Source: Alphaproteobacteria bacterium
GTDB lineage: Bacteria; Pseudomonadota; Alphaproteobacteria; CALKHQ01
Direction: 5' to 3'
Assembly: GCA_965227515.1 (NCBI GenBank)
Contig: CBDDFZ010000001.1
Span: 384,001-448,000, forward strand
DNA length: 64,000 bases
In this document: positions 38,679 through 48,829 of the stretch, one piece after another
How positions within the stretch are numbered: the first letter of the stretch is position 1
How the letters are laid out: every line of letters begins with the position of its first letter
Position numbers and translations under genes: made by a program
Notes under the pieces: generated by a model
Seen by the model: the letters and a program-made list of their open reading frames with translations, nothing else
Database searches by the model: none
What the model was told of the DNA's origin: nothing

Positions 38679-39812
38679 TCAGCCTTCGGAGGGCTTGATG
38701 CGCGCGTCCAGGCGCTCGCCCGAGTCCGCATCGAACAGGAAGCTCAGGTTCGGATCGATCCGCACATCGACATCACTGTCGAAGCCGACCTCGAATTCCT
38801 TCGGCATCTTCACGGCCACCGTGTCCTCGCCCACGCTCACCGTGACCAGCGTGACATCGCCGGTCAATTCCGCCGCATAGACCCGGGCGCCGAACGTGCC
38901 GTCGCCCTGGCCGACGATCTCGGAGTCCTCGGGCCGGAACCCGAGCACGGTCTTGCCGGCGTTGTTCGCACCGGCCCCTTCCACCGGCAGGCGCATGCCC
39001 GGCGCCTCGAACACGCCATTGCTCAGCGCGCCATGGACGAAATTCATCGGCGGCGAGCCCATGAACCCGGCCACGAACAGGTTCGCGGGGTTGTTGTAGA
39101 CCTCGCGCGGGGTGCCAAGCTGCTGCAGCACGCCGAAGTTCATGATGGCGACCCGGTGGGCCAGGGTCATCGCCTCGATCTGGTCGTGGGTCACATAGAC
39201 CGTGGTGGTGCCCAGCTCGTGCTGCATGTGCTTCAGCTCGGCCCGCATGAACCCGCGCAGCTTGGCGTCCAGGTTGGACAGCGGCTCGTCCATCAGGAAG
39301 ATCGACGGCCGGCGCACGATGGCCCGGGCCAGCGCCACCCGCTGCCGCTGGCCGCCGGAGAGCTGGCGCGGATAGCGGTCGAGCAGCGTTTCCATGTGGA
39401 CCTGGGCCGCCGCGTCGCGGACCTGGCTGTCGCGCTCGCTGGGCGGCACCCCTCGCACCTTCAGCGGGAAGCCGATGTTCTCTGCCACCGTCTTGTGCGG
39501 ATAAAGGGCATAGGACTGGAACACCATCGCGATGTCGCGGTACTTCGGCAGCACGCTGGTCACTTCGGTATCGCCGATGTGGATGGTGCCCGAATTGGCC
39601 TGTTCCAGGCCCGCCACCATGCGCAGCGCCGTGGTCTTGCCGCAGCCGGACGGCCCCAGCAGCACCAGGAACTCGCCGGGCTCCACCTCGATGTTGAGGT
39701 CCTTGACCACGTGCACCGAACCGAACCACTTGTTCAGGCCGGTGATCGCAAGCCGCTTGGCCTGCTTGCCCTCCTGCTGCGTCGCGGGCGCCATCGTTTC
39801 CACTGCACTCAT
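38679..39812 (-). CDS. Carbohydrate ABC transporter ATP-binding protein (MalK/UgpC-like)
   Basis: GPSGCGKT, FQSYALYPH, LSGGQRQR, DEPLSNLDAKLR. Confidence 0.94.
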   Translation of the reverse strand: MSAVETMAPATQQEGKQAKRLAITGLNKWFGSVHVVKDLNIEVEPGEFLVLLGPSGCGKTTALRMVAGLEQANSGTIHIGDTEVTSVLPKYRDIAMVFQSYALYPHKTVAENIGFPLKVRGVPPSERDSQVRDAAAQVHMETLLDRYPRQLSGGQRQRVALARAIVRRPSIFLMDEPLSNLDAKLRGFMRAELKHMQHELGTTTVYVTHDQIEAMTLAHRVAIMNFGVLQQLGTPREVYNNPANLFVAGFMGSPPMNFVHGALSNGVFEAPGMRLPVEGAGANNAGKTVLGFRPEDSEIVGQGDGTFGARVYAAELTGDVTLVTVSVGEDTVAVKMPKEFEVGFDSDVDVRIDPNLSFLFDADSGERLDARIKPSEG

Positions 39813-40882
39813 CCTTTAACCGCCCCCAGCAACACACCTTTCGAGATGAAGCGCTGCAAGACCAGCGCCAACAGAACCACCGGAATGATCATCACGATGA
39901 TCACCACCGACATCGACCACCACAGGATGCCGCGCTCGCCCGCATTCATCGCCGCGACCAGGATCGGCATGGTCTGCGCGTCGGACGTCGACAGGAACAG
40001 CGCCAGCAAATACTCGTTCCAGGCCAGGATCAGCACCAGAAGAGTGGTGGCGGCCAGGCCCGGCCGCGACAGCGGCAGCACCACCTCCCAGAACGTGCGA
40101 ATGCGTGACGCGCCATCCAGTTGCGCGCTTTCCTCCAGGTCGATCGGGATCGAGTTGAAGAAATCGTACATCAGCCAGACCACGATCGGCAGGTTGACCA
40201 CGGCGTAGGCCAGGATCAGCGCTAGGTGGGTGTCCAGCAGATGGACCTGCTGGAACATGATGTAGATCGGCACGATCACCACGATCGGCGCCAGAATGCG
40301 CTGCGAGATGATCCAGAACAGGATGTCGCCATTGCTGACCGAGCGCTTGAAATAGCGCCCCAGCGCGCGGGCCAGGAACAGGAACAGCGCCACCGCGACC
40401 GACATGGACAGCAGCCAGTCGAGACCCAGATACCCCATCGCCAGGAAGGCCAGCACCATCGACAGCACGAACAGCATGATGACGCCGAACTTCGGCTTGT
40501 ACTGGATGCGCGCCAACGCGTAAGCGGCCATCGAGCCCACGATCATGGCCAGCACCGTCGACAGCGGCGCGATGATCAGCGAGTTGAGGTAGGCCGCGAT
40601 GGTGTCTTCCCAGTCGAAGACGAACAGCTCCTCCCAGGCGTGCAGGCTGGGCTGGAAGTCGATGAAGGGGATGTAGTACGGCCCGTCGTTCACCGTGATC
40701 GGTTCCTTGAACGACGTGATGAACACCCAATAGATCGGGAACAGGACGAAGATCGTCCACGCGATCAGCAGCGAATAGACGACGATCTTGGAGCCGACCG
40801 CGGACTGGCCGATACCGGGCGGCTCGAACAGCCGCTTGTACAGGCTGCGGTGCTGGCCGGCCTGGATGTCCTGCGCACTCAT
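39809..40882 (-). CDS. Carbohydrate ABC transporter permease
   Basis: EAA-like loop EESAQLDGAS, WNEYL. Confidence 0.9.
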   Translation of the reverse strand: MSAQDIQAGQHRSLYKRLFEPPGIGQSAVGSKIVVYSLLIAWTIFVLFPIYWVFITSFKEPITVNDGPYYIPFIDFQPSLHAWEELFVFDWEDTIAAYLNSLIIAPLSTVLAMIVGSMAAYALARIQYKPKFGVIMLFVLSMVLAFLAMGYLGLDWLLSMSVAVALFLFLARALGRYFKRSVSNGDILFWIISQRILAPIVVIVPIYIMFQQVHLLDTHLALILAYAVVNLPIVVWLMYDFFNSIPIDLEESAQLDGASRIRTFWEVVLPLSRPGLAATTLLVLILAWNEYLLALFLSTSDAQTMPILVAAMNAGERGILWWSMSVVIIVMIIPVVLLALVLQRFISKGVLLGAVKG

Positions 40883-42465
40883 GCGGTTTTCCTGACCCGT
40901 CTGAGGACGACCAAGTTGAAGAACGACACGCACACCACGACTGTGATGAACAACAGCAGGTAGGCGATGGACGATGACTTGCCGAGGTCGTTCTCGCGCC
41001 AGGCGAAGAACGCGCTCAGCGTCATCGACTCAGTGGCCGTGCCCGGCCCGCCGGAGGTCATGATGTTGGGCAGGTCGACTATTTTGAACGCCTCGATCAT
41101 GCGGATCAGCAGCACGGTCGCGGCGACCGGCAGCACCTGCGGCCACGTGATCTCGCGGAAGATCTGCCAGCGGCTGGCGCCGTCGACCTCGCCCGCTTCG
41201 ACCATGTCGCGGGGTATGTTCTCCAGCGCGGCCAGCATGACCACGAAGATGAACGGGATCCACTGCCAGCTATCGCCGATGATGATGAACATGCGCGCGG
41301 TCCACGCGTCGCTGGCCCAGGCGAAGTCGCCGAGCCCGACCCACTGCCACACCGGCGCCAGCGGCCCCTTGGTGGTGTCGGCCATCATGCGGAACGAGTA
41401 GCCGACACCGATGGGCGTGATCATCAGGGGGATGAAGAACACCACGCGGAAGAACGTGCGGCCCCGTATCTGTTGCGAGCACAGGAACGCGAGCCCCAGC
41501 CCGATGAAGAACTGAATGCCGCAGCCGACGAAGACATAGAACAGGGTCTGGCTGATGGTGCCGATGGTCTCGCCCGCCAGCAGCGTCATCGAGAGCATGA
41601 TGATGATGCCGTAACCGATGACGGCGGTGATCATGCGGCCGATGAAGCCGAGCAACCAGAACTCGCGCCGGCAGTAGTTGACCATCCACCAGATGATCAG
41701 GATGCCGCAGATGATGATGACGGCCCACCCCAGCACGCCCGGCCATGTCAGCTTGCCGAGCACATAAGTCTGCTGCGACCCGAAGAACTGCTTGCCGAAA
41801 TTGTCGAACCAGACCAGGCGGATCCGGTCGAGGCCGGTGAGCTTGAGCCGCGACAGCGAGATGATCAGGGACGCGACCAGCGGGAAGATCGAGAACAACA
41901 GGATCAGAACCACCGCCGGCGTGATGAACAGCTTGCGCGACTGGCTGTCCAGCCACTCGCTGAACCGGACCATCAGCCGCGGCCCTTCGGCCGGGTCCTC
42001 GCCATGCGCGTTCGGCCCGATGGTGCCGCGCAGGAAACCGAGTTCGGCGACGAACCATGCCAGCACCGCGCCGCCCAGGACGACGAAGGCGAGGCTGAAC
42101 GGGCCGGGACTCCACAGGATGGTGTCCTCGTCCGCCCCCTCCGGTCCGATCTGCCAATTGATCGTCGGGTTTTCGGTCAGGATCAGGCAGCGCAGCAGGA
42201 TCAGCAGGCCGACCGGGATCAGCGCGTAATTGCCTGACTTGTCGCGGTCCTGGAAACGTTTGACCGCGATACACAGCAGGAACAGCAGCAGGATGACGTC
42301 GACCAGGGTCGACGCGAAGCGGCCGCCGACGGTCAGCAGCAAGCCGACGTCGAAGCTGCGCCACAGCAGCAACTGCGTGAACAGCGTCAGCAACAGCAGA
42401 TAGCCGACCGCGATCCACCACCCGTGTCGGGGCAGGCGCCCCTGCAATGATAGGAAGTACTTCAT
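40879..42465 (-). CDS. Carbohydrate ABC permease with N-terminal DUF805-like domain
   Basis: N-term GR..R..WW, KRFQDRDKSG, GPNAHGEDP; C-term WQWIPF, EAGEVDGAS, GGPG. Confidence 0.85.
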   Translation of the reverse strand: MKYFLSLQGRLPRHGWWIAVGYLLLLTLFTQLLLWRSFDVGLLLTVGGRFASTLVDVILLLFLLCIAVKRFQDRDKSGNYALIPVGLLILLRCLILTENPTINWQIGPEGADEDTILWSPGPFSLAFVVLGGAVLAWFVAELGFLRGTIGPNAHGEDPAEGPRLMVRFSEWLDSQSRKLFITPAVVLILLFSIFPLVASLIISLSRLKLTGLDRIRLVWFDNFGKQFFGSQQTYVLGKLTWPGVLGWAVIIICGILIIWWMVNYCRREFWLLGFIGRMITAVIGYGIIIMLSMTLLAGETIGTISQTLFYVFVGCGIQFFIGLGLAFLCSQQIRGRTFFRVVFFIPLMITPIGVGYSFRMMADTTKGPLAPVWQWVGLGDFAWASDAWTARMFIIIGDSWQWIPFIFVVMLAALENIPRDMVEAGEVDGASRWQIFREITWPQVLPVAATVLLIRMIEAFKIVDLPNIMTSGGPGTATESMTLSAFFAWRENDLGKSSSIAYLLLFITVVVCVSFFNLVVLRRVRKTA

Positions 42466-42744
42466 CCTGAAGGTCTTGCGGCCTTGGGCTTGGAGACGTG
42501 ACGACGGCGGGTCACGGCAATGTTCGCTTCATCGCGACGCGCGGGCCCGTCAGGCCCCCGCCAGCGCACGGCGTCCGCCGGGGCGCCCGCAACGGCGGCA
42601 CCTGCAGCGACGGCACCCGAAGCGACGAAAATGTAATTGGAAACGTGTGGCGAGATGGCCGGCGAGCGGACGGCAGCGGCCAAAGGGCTCCACCGTCCGC
42701 TCGTCGACAACATCATATCTCAGCCAACCTGGCTGGCCACCAAC

Positions 42745-44253
42745 CTAGTTGGTGATGCCAAGCGACAGCCGATAGATTTCGAGCTGCTCGTCGCGGCCGA
42801 AATCTTCGGTGATCTCATCCCAACCTTCCTCGATGTTGGCCACCGCTTCTTCGGCGGTGATCTCGTCGGCGAGGAAACGGGCCAGCTCGCGATCCAGCAC
42901 CACGCCGGTGTAGGACTGCGCACCCGGGATGCGGATGTCGGAGGCCATGTTCGGGTGGTTCAGGCTCGCCAGAATGGCGCCGAGGTAGTTCTCGGCCGCT
43001 TCCTGGCTGAAGCCGGCATCGACCCACGGCTGCACGTTCTCAAGCTGGGACACCCGGTACGGGTTGTAGCCGGTCCAGCCCTGGGTGACGTCGTAGTTCG
43101 ACTGAGCCGCCTGGTTCATATACGACAGGAAGTCATAGGCTGCCTGCTTGGTCAGGTCGTCGGCCGCGGCGTTGATGCCACCGGACCAGCCACCGAACGC
43201 GGCGAACGGCGAGTAGTTGATGCCGTCCTCGGCGTACGGGCAGATTTCCGGCGTGCAGTCGACCAGCTCGCCGCTCTCACGGTCCAGCACGCGGCTGGTG
43301 CCCGGCATGATGATCGCGCCCATCTTGTCGCGAATCGCTTCCGCGTTCGGATCGATGGACAGCGGGCCGATGTCGCCCCAGTCGATGGCCAGCGCGCAAC
43401 GGCCGGTGGTGACCAGCGCACGGGTGTCGCCGATGTCGTGGTTCAGCTCATCCGGCGGGCCGTACTCGCCGGTCGCCTTGTAGATGCGGAACGCCTCGGC
43501 CCACGCCTCGTTGTTGACGATCGGGTCCATGGTCTCGGTGTCGAAGTAGATGCCCTGGCCGGTGCCCTGGGTCTGCACGAAACCGGCGGCAATCGACATC
43601 ACCGCAAAATAGGACTGCGCGTTGCGCTTCTTGAAGATGCACGAACCGTAGTCGGGCTCGCCGTCACCGTTCATGTCCATGCCGTGTGCCGCGGCGGCGA
43701 CGGCCATGTACTCGTCCCAGTTCCGGGGCGGCTCCATGCCGAGCTCGTCAAGCACATCGGTGCGGTAGTACAGCATCTGGAAGTCGCCATCGATGGTGAC
43801 CTGATAGAAGCTGCCGCCGATGTTCATGGAATAGTCGCGGAAATACGGCGCGATGTCGTCAAGGTCGATCAGGTCGTCCTCGGCGATGTAGGGGTCCATG
43901 TTCTCCAGCAGGCCGGCATTCACCAGCTCCACGCCCCAGCCGGCCTGGTAGACACCGATGTTGATCGAGTTGGTGCCGGTCTCCCAGTCGGTCAGCAGCT
44001 TCTGGAACAGCTCCGCGAACGGCACTTCGTTGACGTTCACCTCGGCGCCGGTCATCTCGGTGAATTCCTCGCCGCGCTCAACCATGCGCTGTGCGATCAC
44101 CGGGCCCGGGCGGGTCAGGATTTCCAGCGTAACGCCCTCATAGGGCTTCTCTTGCGCGTTCGCCGCGCCGGCCAGCGTCATCACCAGCCCGACAGCGGTG
44201 AGGCAGCCAGCCCCCACACGCCACCTGTTGACGGTCTTCGCCCTCACGTCCAT
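42745..44253 (-). CDS. Carbohydrate ABC transporter substrate-binding protein
   Basis: Signal peptide; YYRTD, PP.NWDE, GGWS, AYDFL. Confidence 0.88.
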   Translation of the reverse strand: MDVRAKTVNRWRVGAGCLTAVGLVMTLAGAANAQEKPYEGVTLEILTRPGPVIAQRMVERGEEFTEMTGAEVNVNEVPFAELFQKLLTDWETGTNSINIGVYQAGWGVELVNAGLLENMDPYIAEDDLIDLDDIAPYFRDYSMNIGGSFYQVTIDGDFQMLYYRTDVLDELGMEPPRNWDEYMAVAAAAHGMDMNGDGEPDYGSCIFKKRNAQSYFAVMSIAAGFVQTQGTGQGIYFDTETMDPIVNNEAWAEAFRIYKATGEYGPPDELNHDIGDTRALVTTGRCALAIDWGDIGPLSIDPNAEAIRDKMGAIIMPGTSRVLDRESGELVDCTPEICPYAEDGINYSPFAAFGGWSGGINAAADDLTKQAAYDFLSYMNQAAQSNYDVTQGWTGYNPYRVSQLENVQPWVDAGFSQEAAENYLGAILASLNHPNMASDIRIPGAQSYTGVVLDRELARFLADEITAEEAVANIEEGWDEITEDFGRDEQLEIYRLSLGITN

Positions 44254-44475
44254 TGGGTTTCCTCCTCTTGGTACCCGATTTCTTGTTCAGATTGCCGGAA
44301 GTCCCCGCGTCGCCCGCACGTCGGTCGTCGCATTCCCCCAGAACCTTTTCCTACGCTAGTTCGAAACGGCAGATAAGACAATCGGCAGCGTCGGTTCAAG
44401 CGCCATGGGTACCGCAGCCGCCGCGAAAACGTTTAACTAACTGGTTATGGCATTGCGCCTTGTGACACGCCGTGG

Positions 44476-45681
44476 CTAGACGCCGTCGAGATCGAGCGTG
44501 CAGTCCTGCCAGGTGCCGCCCTCGGCGTTCGACTTCGCCGCCGCGGCCACGAACTTGATGCCCCGCGCCCCATCCTCCACCGTGGGAAACTCCACCAGGC
44601 CGGCCGGCAGGTCCAGACCGTCGCGCCGCGCCTCGATGGCGACCCCGAGCTCGGTGTACAGGTTGGCCCAGGCCTCGAACCAGCCTTCGGCATAGCCGCG
44701 CGGCAGGGTGACGTAGCGCTCCATTTCCGCCGCCATGCCGCCGCCATTGCCGCGGGTGATCAGCCGGGTGGCCTCGCCAAGCGGGGTGTGCGCCAGCTGC
44801 TCGGAGCGGTGCTGCATCCACTCCAGGCTGCCGTCGTCGCCATAGACGCGCAGTTGCAGGCCGCCACGGGTGCCCGCCGCGACCTGCGTCACCATCAGCG
44901 TGCCGGGCACGTCGCCGGCGAAACGCACGTTCATGAACGCGGTGTCGTCCATCGGTTTCGGCCGGCTGCAGACGTGGAACTCGGCGCGCAGCTTCTCCAT
45001 CTCCAGCCCGCTGACGAAGGTCGACAGATGCCAGGCATGGGTGCCGATGTCGGCGGCGGTGCTGGCCATGCCCGATTGCTCCGGCTTGGTCCGCCAGGCG
45101 AACTGCTTGCCTTCCTCCGCGCCCGGCATCGCCAGGAACTCGTCGAAATACTCGACGTGGATCTGGCGCAGCCGCCCGACCGCGCCGTCGGCCACCATGC
45201 GGCGCATCTGGCGCACCATGGCGTTGGCGGCGAAGGCGTGGGTCACGCCGAAGACGACGCCGGCCTTGCGGGCCCGGGCGACCAGGTCGACCGCGTCCTC
45301 CAGGGTGGTGGTCAGCGGCTTGTCGCAGATCACGTCGATGCCGGCGTCCAAGAACGCGCAACAGATCTCATAGTGGCTGTCGTTGGGGGTGACGATGCAC
45401 ACGGCGTCGATGCCGTCCTCGCGCGCCGCCTCCTTCGCCGCCATGTCGCGATAGTCGGTGTAGGTGCGGTCCTCGGGCAGGAACCATTCCTTGGCCGATG
45501 CGATCGCCACTTCGGGGCGGCGCGACAGCACGCCGGCGGCGATCTCCCACCGGCCGCTGATGCGCGCCGCCGTGGCCTGGATGATGCCGATGAACGCCCC
45601 CTGGCCGCCGCCGACCATGCCGAGCCTCAGGCGCCGCCCCGGTTTCGGAAACCCGCCCTCGAGCGCAAACATATCGGCCAT
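44476..45681 (-). CDS. Gfo/Idh/MocA family oxidoreductase
   Basis: GMVGGGQGAFIG, VTPNDSH, CDKP, ADIGTH. Confidence 0.9.
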   Translation of the reverse strand: MADMFALEGGFPKPGRRLRLGMVGGGQGAFIGIIQATAARISGRWEIAAGVLSRRPEVAIASAKEWFLPEDRTYTDYRDMAAKEAAREDGIDAVCIVTPNDSHYEICCAFLDAGIDVICDKPLTTTLEDAVDLVARARKAGVVFGVTHAFAANAMVRQMRRMVADGAVGRLRQIHVEYFDEFLAMPGAEEGKQFAWRTKPEQSGMASTAADIGTHAWHLSTFVSGLEMEKLRAEFHVCSRPKPMDDTAFMNVRFAGDVPGTLMVTQVAAGTRGGLQLRVYGDDGSLEWMQHRSEQLAHTPLGEATRLITRGNGGGMAAEMERYVTLPRGYAEGWFEAWANLYTELGVAIEARRDGLDLPAGLVEFPTVEDGARGIKFVAAAAKSNAEGGTWQDCTLDLDGV

Positions 45682-45807
45682 CGCCGTCCTCCCCCTTTTT
45701 CACGCGCGCGGCGTAGACCAAGTCCAACTACCGCTCAACACTAGTCGACGCCCTCGGCCTTGTGCCGAGTGCATCAAGGTTTTGGGTCGCGCAAACACCC
45801 TCTGTCG

Positions 45808-46692
45808 TCAACGCCACCAGTGGTTGGACCCGACGTCCTTGCGTGCCGACTGCAGCCGGCTGGGATCGACGATGCCGTCGTCCTCGATATCCAGCAGATA
45901 GCGGTGGGCCGGGCTCATGCGGTCATAGAGCGCGGGCGTCAGATGGGCGCGCTGCACCAGTTGCTGCGGCAGGTCGCGCCGGGTGTAGGTCAGGTGCAGC
46001 ACCCGCCGGCGCTTGCCGCTGGTGTTCAGGGTGCCGGCGTGCCACAGGCTGGAATTGATGATCGCCACGCTGCCGCGCGGTGCCGTCAGCTTCACCTCGC
46101 CGGGATAGGGTGCCGACAGGTCGTCGGGCACCCGGGCCGCGTCCTCGGGCGACAGCGGCCCCGGTTCCCAGTCGCCCTGGTTGACGTAGGGCACATTGAT
46201 CGGCGCCCAGAGATGCGAGCCCGGCACCACCCGCGGCGGCCCGTTGTCGGCCACGATGTCGTCGAAGGCGACGATGGCGTTGGTCACCCACCAGTCGCGC
46301 GGGTGCAGCTTCGGGCAGTCGACGTGCAGGTCCTGGTGGCCGCCGCCTTTCAGCGGCTCGCGCAGATTGGCGCCATGCACCTTGAAGTCGCCGAGCAGAT
46401 AGTGGGTCGCCGCCAGCAGCGGCGCGATCTCCAGGCAAGCGTCGAACGCGTCGGACTTATTGAAGATGTCGGAGACCCGGCGCGCCGTGGGCTCGACATG
46501 GACCTCATGCCCGCCCTCGTCGCCCTCCACCGCCGACAGCCGGTCGAACGCCTCGCCCATCGCCGCGCACTGCGCCGCATCGAACACGCCCTCGCGCACG
46601 AAAAAGCCGTCCGTGTCCAACTTCGCCCGTTCGGCGGCGATCATGGCATCGTCGTCCACGCCCAAGGCTTGAAGTGCTGATGTCGTGTCCAT
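45808..46692 (-). CDS. PhyH family dioxygenase (paralog of 10785-11693)
   Basis: GGHEVHVEP, LHVD, NGPPRVVPGSH, WHAGTLN..RRVL. Confidence 0.87.
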   Translation of the reverse strand: MDTTSALQALGVDDDAMIAAERAKLDTDGFFVREGVFDAAQCAAMGEAFDRLSAVEGDEGGHEVHVEPTARRVSDIFNKSDAFDACLEIAPLLAATHYLLGDFKVHGANLREPLKGGGHQDLHVDCPKLHPRDWWVTNAIVAFDDIVADNGPPRVVPGSHLWAPINVPYVNQGDWEPGPLSPEDAARVPDDLSAPYPGEVKLTAPRGSVAIINSSLWHAGTLNTSGKRRRVLHLTYTRRDLPQQLVQRAHLTPALYDRMSPAHRYLLDIEDDGIVDPSRLQSARKDVGSNHWWR

Positions 46693-46719
46693 GTGGTGGG
46701 CTCCTTCCAATACCGGCCT

Positions 46720-47943
46720 CTATGCCAATGGCCCGTCGCCCGTGGTGCGCCGGGGCGCCAGCGCCAGCCGCCCCATCACCGTATAGCGGGTGGCGCCGCT
46801 GCACGCCGGAATGTTGTTGGCGACACGGTTCTTAGCCGCGAACGCCAGCGTAGCGAATTTGATCGCCTCCTTGAACTGCGCCGGGATGCCGAATTCGTCG
46901 GTGGTGGTGAGCCTGACCCTGTCCGGCAGCTTGCCGGCGATGAAGCCCATCAGCGCCTTGTTGCGGCTGCCGCCGCCGCTGGCCGCCACCAGGTCGATGC
47001 CGCCCAAGTCCGGGATGTAGTCGCGCAGCGCAATCGCGATCGATTCCGCAGTGAAGGCGCAGAACGTCGCCATCACGTCCTCGTCGGGCAGGTGCGCATA
47101 CTTTTCGATCATGCCGTCGCAATAGGCGGCCCCAAAGTCGAGCTTCCAGGCGCTGCGCGGCGGCGGGCGCTTGAAATAGGGATGGCTCAAGAGGTCGGCC
47201 ATCATCTCCGGGTTGACGGTGCCGGACGCGGCAATCGAGCCGTCCGGATCGTAGGCCTTGCCGAACACCCGCCGTGCGGTGTGGTCCAGCATCACGCAAC
47301 CGGGGCCGGTGTCGAACGCCATCATCTTGCGGCGGTCCGGATTGGCGAGCTGGAAATTGGCGATGCCGCCGATGTTGAGCGTCAGCATCGGGCGCTCGTT
47401 GCGGAACGCCACATAGTCCAGATACTGCATCAGCGGGGCGCCGGTGCCGCCGAAGGCATGATCGGCGGCGCGGAAGTGCGAGACCACGTCGATGTCGGTG
47501 TTGCATGCGACGACCGAGGAGTCGCCGATCTGCAGCCCGCAGGCATAGGGGCCATCCAGCCAGCGGCCGACCAGGTCGTCACCGTTCGGATCGACCTCGT
47601 CCAAGCGGGCATGGTCCGGCGGCTCCTGGTAGATGGTCTGTCCGTCATAGCCGATGACGAACACGTCCTCCGGCCTGGTGCCGGTCTGGCGCAGCAGGGT
47701 GCGCGCGGCCTCCGCATAGCAGGCGCCGGCAATGTAGTTCAGCCGGGTCAGGTCGAAGATCGACAGCTCGTTGACGAACGCCTTCTGGACCAGGGCCTCG
47801 ACCTTCTCAGGCCATGAATGCGTATAGCCCTCGACGAATCGCGGCCGCGTCGGATGCCCATCGTCGGCAAGGTCGGTCTCGGCCAGCACGGCATCGATGC
47901 CGTCGAACGACGAGCCGCTGTTCAGGCCCAGGATCAGCGCCAT
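46720..47943 (-). CDS. AnmK/levoglucosan kinase family anhydro-sugar kinase
   Basis: GLNSGSSFDGID, FRAADHAFGGTGAPL, LNIGGIAN, FDTGPG, GGG.RN, KEAI.FA. Confidence 0.85.
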   Translation of the reverse strand: MALILGLNSGSSFDGIDAVLAETDLADDGHPTRPRFVEGYTHSWPEKVEALVQKAFVNELSIFDLTRLNYIAGACYAEAARTLLRQTGTRPEDVFVIGYDGQTIYQEPPDHARLDEVDPNGDDLVGRWLDGPYACGLQIGDSSVVACNTDIDVVSHFRAADHAFGGTGAPLMQYLDYVAFRNERPMLTLNIGGIANFQLANPDRRKMMAFDTGPGCVMLDHTARRVFGKAYDPDGSIAASGTVNPEMMADLLSHPYFKRPPPRSAWKLDFGAAYCDGMIEKYAHLPDEDVMATFCAFTAESIAIALRDYIPDLGGIDLVAASGGGSRNKALMGFIAGKLPDRVRLTTTDEFGIPAQFKEAIKFATLAFAAKNRVANNIPACSGATRYTVMGRLALAPRRTTGDGPLA

Positions 47944-48075
47944 GGCATTCCTCCCAACATGTTGTTTTCCCGATCTAGACGGGCAGCGCCCCGACAAGTC
48001 AATATGACTGCCGCATTGCATCAACGCATCGCGCCGTCATGGCGCGGCGCACGACCATTCGACCGAGGGCGCACA

Positions 48076-48798
48076 TTGTCATCCAACGTACCGGCGTCAT
48101 CCAACGTACCGGCGTCATCCAACGTACCGGCACTGGCGGTTGTTTTCGATTGCGACGGCGTGCTGGTGGACAGCGAGGCGCTGGCCTATCGCGTCGCCGG
48201 CGATGTGCTGGCCCGCCACGGCGTGGACATCGAAACAGACGTCCTGATGAGCCGGTTTCTCGGCCAGCCGCTCACCACCATGACCGCGGTGTTGTCGGAT
48301 GAGCATGGCGTCGACCTGTCGACCGGCTTCGAGCCCGATATGCGCGCCCAGATGCTGGTGGCGATGGAAACCGTCGATCCGATCCCGGGGATCGACGACC
48401 TGCTCGCCGGCCTGGGCGTGCCCCGCTGCGTCGCCTCCAGCAGCGAGATCGTGCGGGTGGAGACCGCGCTGACGTCGACCGGATTGATCCGCCATTTCAA
48501 CGGCCACCTCTACACCGCCGAGATGGTGGCGCGTCCGAAGCCGGCGCCCGACCTGTTCCTGCATGGGGCGGCCCGGCTCGACACGCCGCCCGAGCGTTGC
48601 GTCGTGGTGGAAGACAGCACCTCCGGCGTCAAGGCGGCGATCGACGCCGGGATGACGCCCATCGGCTTCGCCGGCGGCAGCCATGCCATCGGCGACGGGT
48701 TTCGCGATCGCCTGCGCGCCGCCGGCGCGGTGGAGATCGCCGAGGACACCGACGAGCTCGCCGCCGCATTGCACGCCCGGCTGGCCGGCCGCGCCTGA
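48076..48798 (+). CDS. HAD-IA family phosphatase
   Basis: FDCDGVLVDSE, VASSS, KPAPDLF, VEDS..GV; TTG start inferred. Confidence 0.88.
   Translation: MSSNVPASSNVPASSNVPALAVVFDCDGVLVDSEALAYRVAGDVLARHGVDIETDVLMSRFLGQPLTTMTAVLSDEHGVDLSTGFEPDMRAQMLVAMETVDPIPGIDDLLAGLGVPRCVASSSEIVRVETALTSTGLIRHFNGHLYTAEMVARPKPAPDLFLHGAARLDTPPERCVVVEDSTSGVKAAIDAGMTPIGFAGGSHAIGDGFRDRLRAAGAVEIAEDTDELAAALHARLAGRA
48078..48131 (+). repeat. 18-bp perfect tandem repeat x3 (GTCATCCAACGTACCGGC)
   Basis: Read directly; encodes SSNVPA x3. Confidence 0.9.
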
Positions 48799-48829
48799 AA
48801 CCCCCGGCTGTGCGGCGGGCGCGAGTGGC

